Source: Octopus vulgaris
Lineage: Eukaryota
NCBI GenBank assembly: GCA_951406725.2
Contig: OX597820.1
Location: forward strand, 104,780,001 to 104,844,000
Direction of reading: 5' to 3'
Length of the DNA stretch: 64,000 bases
A program made the position numbers and the translations under genes. Below the pieces are notes generated by a model. It saw nothing but the letters and a program-made list of their open reading frames with translations, did no database searches and was not told the DNA's origin. This document shows, piece by piece, positions 12,268 to 25,383 of this stretch (its first letter is position 1; every line of letters starts with the position of its first letter).

Positions 12268-12712
12268 ATGTAACATATGGTATAATTTTAATCAGGGCAA
12301 AGTTTTGCTATTTCTCCGTACACTGAAAAAAATTAGGAACAACCTTAATCGATTTTCGAACCTTATTGGGTTCTCATCAGAGGCGTCCACATCATTCTGA
12401 CGCCTCCAGAGAAACAAGCAGCCAAACTGTTTATATACTCAACATATGAAGGAGTTTCTAATTTGCATACCGAAAGTGTTTAACACTCTATAAATACCAA
12501 CGGCCTGCCAACGGGGATCCTAGTCCACACAGTACCAAGGTATGATATAATAAATATGTAACATATGGTATAATTATAAATAGGGAAAATTTTAGCCATT
12601 TCTCCGCAGACTGAAAAATGATGGACCACCTTAATCTATTTTTGAGTCATATTGGGTTCTCATCAGAGGTGTCCACATCATTCTGACAGCCTCCAGAGAA
12701 GCAAGCAGCCAA
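12268..12712 (-). mobile_element. Tandem ~286-bp hammerhead-delimited repeat (non-LTR retrozyme-like), ~1.5 units
   Basis: atgtaacatatgg at 12268 and 12556; hammerheads at 12343-12383 and 12629-12669; homolog at 58790-59200. Confidence 0.7.
12343..12383 (-). ncRNA. Minimal type I hammerhead ribozyme, intact core
   Basis: cct CTGATGA gaacc-caataa-ggttc GAAA atcgat TA agg. Confidence 0.85.
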
Positions 12713-12950
12713 ATATATATATATATATATATATTTCACAACATAGCGAAGACATGACACGATATAGGTAAAGAAATTTGAGAAATTTGAAAAGAAACCG
12801 GTTATTTCTCCAAACACTATGTTACTATACGCAAAATTATATAACATTTTTCTAACATAACGATTTAAATATATTCTTTAACCATATAACACAAGTCTTC
12901 TGTAGCTTTTTCACTCTATTTTGTCTTTTATACATCCAACCACGTGCTTT

Positions 12951-12957
12951 CACACAA

Positions 12958-13007
<50 letters not shown>

Positions 13008-13197
13008 GACCGGCTTCCTTCCGTTTCCGTCTGCCAAATCCCGATGCTATAGTAGAAGGCACTTGCCGAAGGTGCCTTTCTTATTTTAATAGACCATAAA
13101 CCAAATTTTCAAAATAAAGCTACTTGTAGATCGCTAAACCCAGCAGCTCTGAAATTGGGGTAGTAGCTAAAAAAATACCAAGAAACATTGATAATAA
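12951..13197. repeat. Inverted local copy of 19630-19845 (PLE/SINE junction)
   Basis: Reverse-complement match with few mismatches, including the junction and a shared SINE-internal deletion. Confidence 0.85.
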
Positions 13198-13225
13198 ACA
13201 CACACGTATATATACACATATATAT

Positions 13226-13318
<93 letters not shown>

Positions 13319-13731
13319 ATCTATGTATATGTATATGTATGTATGTATGTATGTATGTATATATATGTAGGTATATGTGAACTAGGCTGATATGAGAGAG
13401 ATGGAAGGTGAGAGAGAAGAAGACAACGAATGTATGTGTGCGTCAATGCGCGTGTGTGTGTATGTGGGTGTGTGTGCATGTGGGTGGGTGTGTATGTGGG
13501 TGTGTGTAATGTATGTGTATACCATATATGTTATGTAATATTGAAAATAAAAGTTGCAATTCCGAGTATTCTATTTTTATTATCTCAGAAACTTTACAAA
13601 TATGTCCCATTTACACGTACCAACACACGCACGCACACACAGATACACACACATACAAACACATACACACACAACGAGCACACACACACCACGCGCACAC
13701 ACACCGCCCCAGCATGTGTGTGCGCATGTGC

Positions 13732-13767
<36 letters not shown>

Positions 13768-13808
13768 TCATGTATATTATATATATACATGTATATATAT
13801 ATATATAC

Positions 13809-13871
<63 letters not shown>

Positions 13872-13880
13872 TACACACAC

Positions 13881-13926
<46 letters not shown>

Positions 13927-13962
13927 ATCAAAATAAAATAAAAACATGATGCGAAGGATTCA

Positions 13963-14040
13963 GCGGTACATATGTTTCGGGCCTTTATTAGACAGATTTA
14001 TAACAAAGCATAATGTATGTCTGTGGCCTTCTTCAGCCGC
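13963..14040 (-). ncRNA. Hammerhead with extended stem II
   Basis: gcgg CTGAAGA aggcc...ggccc GAAA catatg TA ccgc. Confidence 0.75.
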
Positions 14041-15939
14041 GCACAACAGCTTCCACAAGGACATGTGTTACATCAAAAATTCTTGGTTGGGGATGCAAAT
14101 CCTCTCGTTTACGTACGACATAATGCGGCAGCAGCATAGAATTGAAGCGTCCATCTCTTTCTTCTCTCAATGTAGAATGAGGAAACTTGGATGTTGAGGT
14201 AATGTAAATAAATAAATACATATATAGAGGTGAAGATGGAGGGGCGAGAGTTCGGGACGAGGGATAAAAAATATATATAAAAAATGTAAGTATAGAATAA
14301 TATAACAATGTAGAGGATAAAGATATAAAGAGTTGTAAGGAGATGTAAAGGGGGTATAAAGAAATATAAAGAAATATAAATAAATGTAAAGGCATAAGGT
14401 TATAAAGTAAAAATAGAAATGGAAATAAAAGTAAAAAAGTAAAAGAACCTGATAAAAACATGATAAAAGTGTAAAAGAATGTAAAGATAAGGGATGTATA
14501 GAGGTTACGGACCAAGCATGGTGGTCAGGAGATTGATAAAATTTAGTTGTAGAACTGTCAGTAAATCAACCGTTTCGTCTGGGGACTTAATGCGTTGTAA
14601 ATCAGAGCTGATGAGCATTTAATCTGGTTCCTTGAATTAAATGGACTTCTAGTACATACATATCATCATGGATACATACACCCACATACACGCGTACATA
14701 TATGTCTCCAAGCCTATAAGCATACACACGCACTCGCGTGTAAACACGTACATAAACACACACGTACCCACACGCACGTGCGTACACACACATACATACA
14801 ACAGAATATCCGCATATATAGACGGACATTACGCGCGTACACGCTCACATGTATATACGCGCGCCCCTCATTACATACACACACGTATATGCCCACGCCT
14901 CTAGGTCTAGGTATAAGATATTAAAGGATGTGTATAAGAACGTATGTAAAGAATCCCGTACTCATGTTAATACGCGCACGCACACACGGCTGTGTGTCCG
15001 TATGTGCGTGCACATATACACCCATACACACACACAGAGACACACGCGCACATGGGTATAGCTATAAGATATCGAAGTATGCATGTACATATATGTGCGT
15101 GCATATGTATGTATGCGCATACACACGTACGCGGACGCTCGTATACTCAAAAGGTGGATCCGTAGGTAAGTAAATATATATAGAGGTGTAAAGCGATAAG
15201 AATGAGGGTAAGGGTAAATATTAGAAATAAAAAATACAGTATAAAATAAGAAATACAATGTAATAGTTAGAAATGAAATATAAGAATTATAAAAATTATA
15301 AGAGTTAAGGTAAGGGATGAAAATGAAAATGAGAATAAATGTAAGTAGAATAAAAGCAAAAATAAAATTAAAATTAAAGATAAAAATAAATGGAAGTAGG
15401 ATAAAAGTAAAAATAAAAGTAAAAATAAAAATAAAAATAAAATAAAATAAGATAAAAATATAATTTTGTAAAGTTTAACATGAGATGAAGGTGGTTGAAA
15501 GCTATAGGTGTGTGTTAAACGTAGGGGCGGGCGGGGAACTGAAAATTGGAAGGGTGGGAAGTGGAGTTTGGCGGTGTGCGTTCAACATCTGAGTTAGAAA
15601 TGTGAAAGGGTATAGATATAGGGGATTAAAGAGACTACATAGGGAGGATATGGGTGTAGGAGAAGAAATATTTAGGGAAAAGAAGTCATATATGGGAGAC
15701 AAAATTTGTATATATAGGGGGAAAATGCAGGGAACCGTATATGCACATATACACACCCACACACACACACACACACGCACACGTATATATATATATGTAT
15801 ATGTACACATACGTACACGTATGTGCACATACATACGCACACACACACACACACACATACACACGCACATATAGGAAAGCGGGATGTGCTGGAGCCGACA
15901 GGTTGCACCGGGTGGGAGGAAATTGCATGGGGAAATTGC

Positions 15940-16253
15940 ATCGTTATGTTAGAAAAATGTTATATAATTTTGCGTATAGTAACATAGTGTTTGGAGAAAT
16001 AACCGGTTTCTTTTCAAATTTCTCAAATTTCTTTACCTATATCGTGTCATGTCTTCGCTATGTTGTGAAATATATATATATATATATTTGGCTGCTTGCT
16101 TCTCTGGAGGCTGTCAGAATGATGTGGACACCTCTGATGAGAACCCAATATGACTCAAAAATAGATTAAGGTGGTCCATCATTTTTCAGTCTGCGGAGAA
16201 ATGGCTAAAATTTTCCCTATTTATAATTATACCATATGTTACATATTTATTAT
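15940..16253. repeat. Inverted copy of upstream flank 12547-12864 captured inside the insertion
   Basis: Essentially identical reverse complement except for (TA)n length; includes a decayed HHR at 16131-16171. Confidence 0.9.
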
Positions 16254-16683
16254 GTTTTTACATGTTTTTATCAGGTTCTTTTACTTTTTTTACTTTTATT
16301 TCCATTTCTATTTTTACTTTATAACCTTATGCCTTTACATTTATTTATATTTCTTTATATTTCTTTATACCCCCTTTACATCTCCTTACAACTCTTTATA
16401 TCTTTATCCTCTACATTGTTATATTATTCTATACTTACATTTTTTATATATATTTTTTATCCCTCGTCCCGAACTCTCGCCCCTCCATCTTCACCTCTAT
16501 ATATGTATTTATTTATTTACATTACCTCAACATCCAAGTTTCCTCATTCTACATTGAGAGAAGAAAGAGATGGACGCTTCAATTCTATGCTGCTGCCGCA
16601 TTATGTCGTACGTGAACGAGAGGATTTGCATCCCCAACCAAGAATTTTTGATGTAACACATGTCCTTGTGGAAGCTGTTGTGC

Positions 16684-16761
16684 GCGGCTGAAGAAGGCCA
16701 CAGACATACATTATGCTTTGTTATAAATCTGTCTAATAAAGGCCCGAAACATATGTACCGC
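16684..16761 (+). ncRNA. Hammerhead with extended stem II
   Basis: gcgg CTGAAGA aggcc...ggccc GAAA catatg TA ccgc. Confidence 0.8.
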
Positions 16762-16944
16762 TGAATCCTTCGCATCATGTTTTTATTTTATTTTGATCAA
16801 TTTACTCCACCACCTACACCACCAAACGGTATACACAGGTGCTTATAATTATCAAGTACTCACCCCGAATTTCTATATATATTATACATAGATATATATA
16901 TATTTATACACGTATATTATATGAATATATATATACATACACAC

Positions 16945-17010
<66 letters not shown>

Positions 17011-17112
17011 TTATATATATATGCACATGCATACATACATACATACATACACACATACGTACACTTCAAATCCAATTACCCTGCTTATGCAAGCATTCAT
17101 GCGCCTACCTCC

Positions 17113-17185
<73 letters not shown>

Positions 17186-17810
17186 CACATATACGAAATT
17201 GTTAACTATTAGCAGGAACGCAGAACTTTTTTTAAGAAAGACCAAAGCCAAAAAGAAGGAAGAAAATAAATGCTCGTGTGTATGTATGAAACTCATTTTG
17301 TCATTAAACACACCTGGAAAGAATTAAGTCAAATTGTAATGACGTCTATTCCAAATCCTTTTCATTAACATCGTAAATTATTTTCACGACGCATATAACC
17401 GTCCCATCTATAGTCATCTGGTACACTAACCTAGCTTACTCATATGGTTTTTACTATTGTGACGTCAAGCGTAAGTCGGTTTAACTTTTTTATACAAGAG
17501 ACGAATTCCAAGTGCATATGAACCTATTGATGAAGTAAACAAGATGAATTCTTTTGCTGTTTATTTTCATTCTTTACATTATTTAGTTAGAGGAGGAATG
17601 TCTGGGACATTTTCTGAGATATTTTTCCGAGAGTGTTCGTGACATTTTCAGGGTTTCTAAGATTATTGAGGGAGGAATGGCAAAAAAGTTATCCTCAGAC
17701 AGGAGACCTGGCTCGAATGCTTATAGGTGGCGCTGTCATACCGGGTAACTGATGATATCTACAGCACAGTTAATATCCTACACAACATATGCGTGTATAC
17801 ATATATGTGT

Positions 17811-17857
<47 letters not shown>

Positions 17858-17858
<1 letters not shown>

Positions 17859-19752
17859 AAACACAATACATGTCTTATGTGCTACTAAAACGTTCATGTG
17901 CTCAGAACAAGCCAAACAATGTTTTATAACACGTCTGTTTCATAATAGTCATCAGGCACAGCCTACACAGCATAACGAACTAAAAATGATATGAAAGAAG
18001 AAACGAGAAAAGGCGAGAAGGAAGTGTATAGAAAAAGTGAAAAGGTGAAAAAAAAGGGAAAACGAATAAGTAATCAAAAAGAAACTAAAGGGGAAAAGGA
18101 GTTATCTCTTTTGACCGTAAATTATAAGGCTGAAAAAATAGTCGCTTAAAGTTTATGGTACAGTTATTAATCAGATAAAAGATGAACTTCCCAATTCTTC
18201 AACAGGAACTGAGGCATATGCTTACAACCACTGAACATTTCAGATCTAGAGTTCAGCAGTGAGTTAGCGATCTTAGATCTGAAAAGGACCTGAACTCTTT
18301 CAGTAAAGCATAGCTTATAATTTTTTGATCCGTTAACACACGGTGTGGATTGTTCGATTATTTTCCACTGTGGAGTTGCGTCAGATTTCAAGCTTCATAC
18401 ATGGCTAGCGAACCTAGTAGCTTTGCTTTTATCCCTATGTCGGAAGGAAAACATGCGATTAGTATAATGATTCTTAAATTCTCCTTCACAAAGTCCGATA
18501 TAGCTCTTCTTATCGGCTGTGTTATCATCTAGCGTTGCAGTAACGTCGGCCTCATATATGACGGATTTAATCATATATCACTGGTCAAATAGACAGGTTT
18601 CTGGGCCTCAACAGTTACAACTAGATTTAGGCTCTTGGTGTTGACCTCGTGTAATGATACTCTTCATATTGGGGCAACATCTATGTAATAATTTCACAGA
18701 ACGCCTGTTAAATATTACCCTGTATCTGTGATTTTCTGAAAAATGTTTAAGAGACACGGGGATCCTTTACTTACGTTAGATTTTCCGTTAATGGAAAAGG
18801 AAGAGAGGCGAAACAAATAGTTTCCCTTGGTCTATTTTTAGGTTTATTATTATTCTGATTAATATTAGAAGGGTTGTATATTAATTTATCTTTAAAGCCA
18901 CTATTGGTTTGGGCATTATTATAGTAAGGGGTTACTTTCTCGAAAATTTCTTTAGAGGAAGAGAAGTAAGACACTCCTTTACTCATATTAGCTATCAAGT
19001 TTTTTAAGTATTACAGGAGGATGATAAGCCTGTGTATGTATATTGGCGATTTTCTCGTTAGGCTTATGAAAATGTTTATAAGAGGAGGAGTTCAAGTCTG
19101 GGAAAGCATCTAAGAAATCATCTATAGACAGATTAGTAGCTACTGATTTTAAGGCCTAATTGACTGAAGATAGAAATAAGTTGTTTATCAAGGGGGTGGC
19201 CATCACTGCGATGGGAAATATCCAAACCGTCGTCTCAGTATAAACTAACATCGAGAGATGAGTACTTGGATCTCAATGTGTTTAATACAAAGAGACCCAA
19301 AATGTCGCAGACGTCAGCACTATCGTACGACCCCATAGTTACATCAAATAATTCATCATTATTCGACCTTTTTTTACCCATGCTAATTCCTTACTAAATA
19401 CTAGTGTTTTCTCGCATGCCTGATAAAATCCAGGTCTAAGGGGTCTATATCAACATATGATTTAGTAAACCCAATGGCTTTATCAAGTAGTGATCTAGAT
19501 ATGGAGGGATAAAAACTTATAATGACAAACTGAGCGAATCTAGCCTTATTCTTAATCTTAATATTCTTGAACCAATCTACTACAGTAAAACTATTATTCT
19601 ATTGTTGAAGCCCAGTGTTCTCTCTAATGTTATTATCAATGTTTCTTAGTATTTTTTTAGCTACTACCCCAATTTCAGAGCTGCTGGGTTTAGCGATCTA
19701 CAAGTAGCTTTATTTTGAAATTTGGTTTATGGTCTATTAAAATAAGAAAGGC
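17858..19752 (-). mobile_element. Hydra-like Penelope element (RT + C-terminal GIY-YIG), 5'-truncated pseudogene
   Basis: DHKPNF; QFVIISFYPSI; FDVTMGSYDSADVCDI; LY*DDGL; KLCFTER..LLNSRSEMFSGCKH; 3' end abuts (TA)n. Confidence 0.85.
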
Positions 19753-20060
19753 ACCTTCGGCAAGTGTCTTCTATTATAGCCTCGGGATTTGGCAGACGGA
19801 AACGGAAGGAAGCCCGTCGTATATATATATATATGTATTTGTGTGTGTGTCTCCTTGTGTTTGTCCTCCCTTCATCGCTTGACAACCGATGTTGGTGTGT
19901 TTACGTCCCCGTAAATTAGCGGTTCGGCAAAAGTAATCGACAGTACTTGGCTAACAAAAAAATAAGTCCTGGGGTCGATTTGTTCGACTAAAGGTGGTGC
20001 TCCAGCATGGCCGCTGGCAAAATGACTGAAATAAGGAAAGGAATAAAAAAAAAATAAAAG
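19750..20060 (+). mobile_element. tRNA-derived SINE (OR-like), 5'-truncated
   Basis: ggcacctt.ggcaagtgtcttcta...gcggttcggcaaa...gctccagcatggcc...atgactgaaa. Confidence 0.75.
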
Positions 20061-20329
20061 AATATATTTATATGTGTTTTTGCAACGCGTGTAAATTTAT
20101 ATATCAAGCCTAATCCTGTTTATCTGTATCACTATCTCCATATCAACTCACCCGAATTTCTCTTGTAGCCACTCTTTACTCTGTAACTTTACTCTGAACT
20201 TCGGAATTTAAATCATTTACGCAATTTCTATATTTATCATCTCTACATCTCACCAGTTGACTTTATACATACACACACACATACACACTTACACACATAC
20301 ACACACACACAGACACACACACACACATG

Positions 20330-20530
20330 TTTCAGTCATAAGACTGTAGCCATACTGGGGTACCCCCTTGAAAGATTTTAATCGACCAATCCGACCCCAA
20401 TACTTTATATTTTTCCTTAAAGTCTGGTACTTATTCTATTGGCCTCTTTTGCAGAACTGCTAAGTTAGGGGGACGTAAACACACCAACATCGGTTGTCAA
20501 GCGATAATGGGGGACAAACATAGACACAAA
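20330..20530 (-). mobile_element. SINE 3' half
   Basis: tgtttcagtcat...gaactgctaagtt.ggggacgtaaacacacc. Confidence 0.65.
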
Positions 20531-20624
20531 GCGGGATTTGTAAAACATTTTAAAGATTCTGTTTCATAGAATTAACATACACCCTCTCTCGCGCGCGTGC
20601 TCTCCTTTCTTCGTTTTTGTTTGT

Positions 20625-20707
<83 letters not shown>

Positions 20708-22139
20708 CCTCTCTCGTTGTATCCCTTCCGTGAATATGGTCCAATATACGGACACTCTTGCTTGTTACAACAGTAACTAATGGTACCGCTCACAAACTGA
20801 ACATTTGCAAAATGCACAAAAGATTCTGTTTGCGTTTCTTGGAATTAACATTTACTTTCCTTTTCCAACCAATCAGTTGTGTATACGGCATACACACACA
20901 CACACACATGTACATAAAAAGTAATCAAATGCACACTTGTCTACTAAAGAAACATGCACATCCATTACATACAAATAAGTGCATGTATAGTGCATCTGTA
21001 TCTGCATGTATGTGTTTGTGCGTGTGTGTCCGCGGACAGCAGACAACTATTTCTGAAATAATTTTTGTTTGTTGTTGTTGTTGTTGTTGCATGATACCAA
21101 AACTGTATGCACTCTTATAACTTCAACAGCAACAGAATTAAGAGTGGGAAAAATTCAATTGTATGTATGAGATTTGTTTGTGTTCATTTTCATCTTCTAA
21201 AGAAAAGAACAAAAAATCGCCAAAGGCAATGTCTGAAAGGAATATGTATAGTTCAGAAAATAAGTTAAAATTCATAAAAACGTTCGTTTCAAGATTAAAA
21301 AGAAAAGATAAGGTTTTTTAACGATGAATCATCATAATTAATCACAGTTTCAAGTTAATAAAAATAAATCGGGCAATGAGCTTAAATTAAGATTTTAAAA
21401 TATAAAATTTCACAAACGAGAACTTTTTATATTAGATACTCAAAAGAATAAATAAATTCATTGATATATATCTTTATGTATTAGACCTAAATTATTAGAC
21501 CAAAATTTGATGTATATATTTCTGCTAACTTTTAGTAGAGTTGTTGTATTGGACTACCAATTCGGAGTTATTTCTAGCACTCCCTATGGTTTGTCCTAAC
21601 CTTCGATGTTGAAAATGATTTGACACCATGTGCGCCCAGTCATTTGATCACAAACAAAAGTCCAGTATGTCCGTATAGTTTTCTGGAAGTTAAACTTTCT
21701 CACTTCAAGATACTTTTAACAATATTAGTTATTGTTGATCGATACCAATAGCTAATATTGATTATTTGATCATGAAAAAAGCTTCTTTGAGAATAGAATA
21801 ATTTATTACCATCCTTTTGTATATGTATTTACTTAAAGTTTTAATTCTTTTCACCTGTTATTTAGGTATTTTAAATTTACCATTTCCTTGCTATTCTTTT
21901 CATTATACGTAAATGTACAGTTTGCTAGGTGTTTCTCAATAATATTCCAAAAAGTATATTTTCTGTATCGTTTAAATTTGTTGTTAAATATTATGTAAAT
22001 TTTTATCCGAGGTTAATTGAATTGAGTCATTTTCTTTCGCTGTTGCATTGCTGGAGCTTTTTGAAGTTGATTGTAGAGTTCTTTTGTCATTGCCTTACTG
22101 AACTGCTTTTTGCCTGTTCGAAGTAGTTTCAATTTTGAT

Positions 22140-23420
22140 TATTATGATTTTCTTATTCTTAACTCAGCTGTCAAAGCCAAAAACAGCTCAGAAGGCAAAA
22201 GCCCTTGAATTTACAGAAAAAGTATCAAAAGAATTTGTACCGACTCACAGTAACCTGTTAAAATGCAGGATGTACCACGCTAATGTCAAATGCGATAAAT
22301 GGCATTTTGTTGAGTTGCACAAAATGAACAAAAAACATCAAAACTTTTTAAAACACTACCAAAAGTGAACCGACATTTATCAAATCGATTGAATTTACCG
22401 AAAACGATAAATTTGGGGGCGCAATGGTGACTGATGTGTTTCCTGTTGCAGACATTGGACTCACTAATTCAAGTTTGAGTAGACTCTTTGATTCTATCAA
22501 TAAGGCATTGCCATTTCAATTTACGTGCCGAAAATATGTTGATAAGCTTAGGCAAAATACGATTGAAAATTGCAAGAGCTGCCAGAAATATGTTAACATG
22601 TTTAGTGCATTTTGATCAGATGCCCGGCTGACCGAAATGTATTTTTAATTGTTGATGAAAGTGAGATCGATGACAAAAAATTGCTAATGTATTAATTGGT
22701 TCAGTTGAAAATTCTCAAAACGTTCTTAATATAATGTTTACCACTCGAATCAGCTCTGATACAGTCATTGCTCAGATCATCGCTGATTTGCTAAGAAGTA
22801 TGGCGGTTCCAAAAACAAAGTTTCTCCTCTGATGTTGCTTGGTATATGGTAGTTGCTGGAGAGACATTGCAAGTTATGTAGCCTAAACTCTTCCATGTAA
22901 CCTGTTTTTTCCATATACTGCACAACTGTGCTCTAAAAATAAGGGCTTCATTTTCTGCAGTCGATTGTCTGATTGCCATTGTCAAAGCTGCTACTGTAAA
23001 AAAAAAACGTTGGGTGCTTGAAATTACTATGCCAAAAACCTTAAAGAAATTACAAAAATTGTAGAGACTTTTGAGGACGAATGCATTTTGGAGCAGTGAG
23101 CAAAAGAAGCTGTATGAAACCCTGAGATCAGGACTAACCACATCGAATTTGTTCAAACTATGTGCAGTTGAAAGAGTTGGTTTTGAAAGCCTTCACCATC
23201 TACGATGTTGCATCATGACTTATATTGATTTTACATTCAATAAAGACCAAATCAATTCAATAATTCAACTAATGTACCCTAAAGTTTCACCCACACAAAT
23301 GCAAATTTGATACAATGCCAAGCAACATAAGCTGCTACAGAACGCAGTTTTTCTGTGCTGAAAAAAATACTTGCAAAAGACAGGAATCTTTTGCCTACAA
23401 ATTTAAAGCATATCATATTG
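22140..23420 (+). pseudogene. Decayed hAT-type (CGGBP1-like) transposase
   Basis: Fragments VKCDKWHFVE..KKHQ; IVDES; SDVAWYM; HVTCFSHILHNCALKIR; ATERSFSVLKKILAKDRN; frameshifted. Confidence 0.7.
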
Positions 23421-23518
23421 TACTGTAATAAATTTCATAGATAATTTTTTTTATTGTTTTGACAATACTAGATCATAAATTAATAAAAACTAGAGTGAAC
23501 TCCCTGCTGTTTATGGAC

Positions 23519-23606
<88 letters not shown>

Positions 23607-24981
23607 GAGCTCAATGCTAAAACAAGATGATAGGTATTAACACTTTAGCCGTCCCAGTTATAGATTACAGCTACAATATCCTTAACTAGACACTAAATGA
23701 ACTGACCAAAATAGATAGGAAAACAAAGATAACTTGACAGGATCTAGGATGCATCACCCAAAATCTGACATAGAAAGGCTATATATACAACGTATAGAAG
23801 GTGGTAGAGGCCTTATACAGCTGGAAAACTATTATAAAATAACCACCATAGGACTGCAGAAGCAAGGAAAACTGATACAAATAGCGGCAAAACACGAGCA
23901 AAACTAAAAACTGTTCTGAGTATTTAAGGAAGCTGATAAATACAAACAAGAAATCATACCACCTAACAAATATGAAGAAGAAGAAGAAGAAGAAGAAGAA
24001 GAAGAAGAAGAAGAAGAAGAAGAAGAAGAAGAAGAAGAAGAAGAAGAAGAAGAAGAAGAAGAAACAAAAGCTATAAAATAAATGAAATCCAAACTAAAAC
24101 TAGAACAGCAATGGACATTGATAAAACGATGGCAAGAAAAGCCCTTTCATGGCAAATACTGGACTAAACTAAATGCAAAAGAAATAGACAAAGAAAAATT
24201 CCAGCAATGGTTGAGAAGCTCAGGACTCAAAGCAGAGACAGAGGGATTTTTAATTGCAGCACAAGACCAAAGCCTCCCCACCAGAAATTACCAAAAACAT
24301 GTAATGAAAAGAAATATAACAAGTAACTGCAGAATATGTGGAGATGGACAAGAAACAATAAATCATGTTATCTCTGGCTGCCCAGTCCTGGCTAAGAAGG
24401 AATATATTCACAGACACGACTGAGTTGGGATCTACATACACTGGAAGCTATGCCAACATTATGGAATAACAACAGAAAAAAGATGGTATGGGCACACACT
24501 AGAAAAGGTCACAGAAAACGAGAAAGCAACCATACTCTGGGATATGCCAATACACACAGATAGAGAAATTAAGGCCAACAGACCAGATATTGTTGTCAGA
24601 GATCATGAAGATAAAAAATGCTTTCTAATTGATGTATCAATACCAGCAGATGACAACGTTTCTCTAAAAGAAATGGAAAAACTTTCAAAATACAAAGACC
24701 TGGAAATAGAGGTAACCAGAATGTGGAATCTAAAAACAGAAACAATTCCTATCATAGTAGGCGCATTAGGCATGATAAAAAAATATTCAGACAAATACAT
24801 AACAAAAACACCAGGACGTACAAACACATATAACATACAGAAAATTGCACTACTAGGCACGGCACACATCCTACGCCGAACACTTTCAATACAGAGCATC
24901 ACAACAAATCACAGCACATACCCAAGGCACACAGAGCTGCGCTCGGTAGTGAAGTGAAAGCACGTTATAAAAATAAAACTA

Positions 24982-24985
<4 letters not shown>
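23607..24985 (+). mobile_element. R4/Dong-like non-LTR retrotransposon 3' half (zinc knuckle + RLE) in (TAA)n
   Basis: GGRGL; LKAETEGFLIAAQDQ; CRICG..ETINHVISGC; YIHRHD; ANRPDIVV..IDVSIP; IIVGALG; (AAT)n on both flanks; internal (GAA)n expansion. Confidence 0.9.
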
Positions 24986-25060
<75 letters not shown>

Positions 25061-25259
25061 CAAACGCACATCGCTGTGAAAACAACATCCATCCTTGAAT
25101 TTATTTATTTATTAATTTTTAAATACATACAAATCTGAATTTGCGTGTGTAATCTGGAAATGTATACAATGAACTTCTCTGCCCTAGGTGTATGGAAAAC
25201 ACTCGGCGAAAAACGGAAGAAAATTTGAAGAAAGACGGAAAAAACATAATAATAATAAC

Positions 25260-25293
<34 letters not shown>

Positions 25294-25295
25294 TC

Positions 25296-25380
<85 letters not shown>

Positions 25381-25383
<3 letters not shown>

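Larger units (their letters stand above)
13923..16873. mobile_element. Young non-coding PLE-derived insertion with ~540-bp inverted arms
   Basis: 13923-14462 is a near-identical reverse complement of 16261-16801; the right arm has a ~70-bp tail; (TA)n on both flanks; a hammerhead in each arm; no recognisable ORF. Confidence 0.8.

Noticed and set aside
14604-14650. CTGATGA followed by a hairpin
   Set aside because: No GAAA/stem III/UH downstream, so not callable as a hammerhead. The same applies to CTGATGA at 17749.
19235-19237. In-frame TGA in the PLE RT motif Y*DD as possible selenocysteine (as in some Naiad PLEs)
   Set aside because: It replaces Arg (YRDD), consistent with CGA-to-TGA CpG decay in a frameshifted pseudogene.
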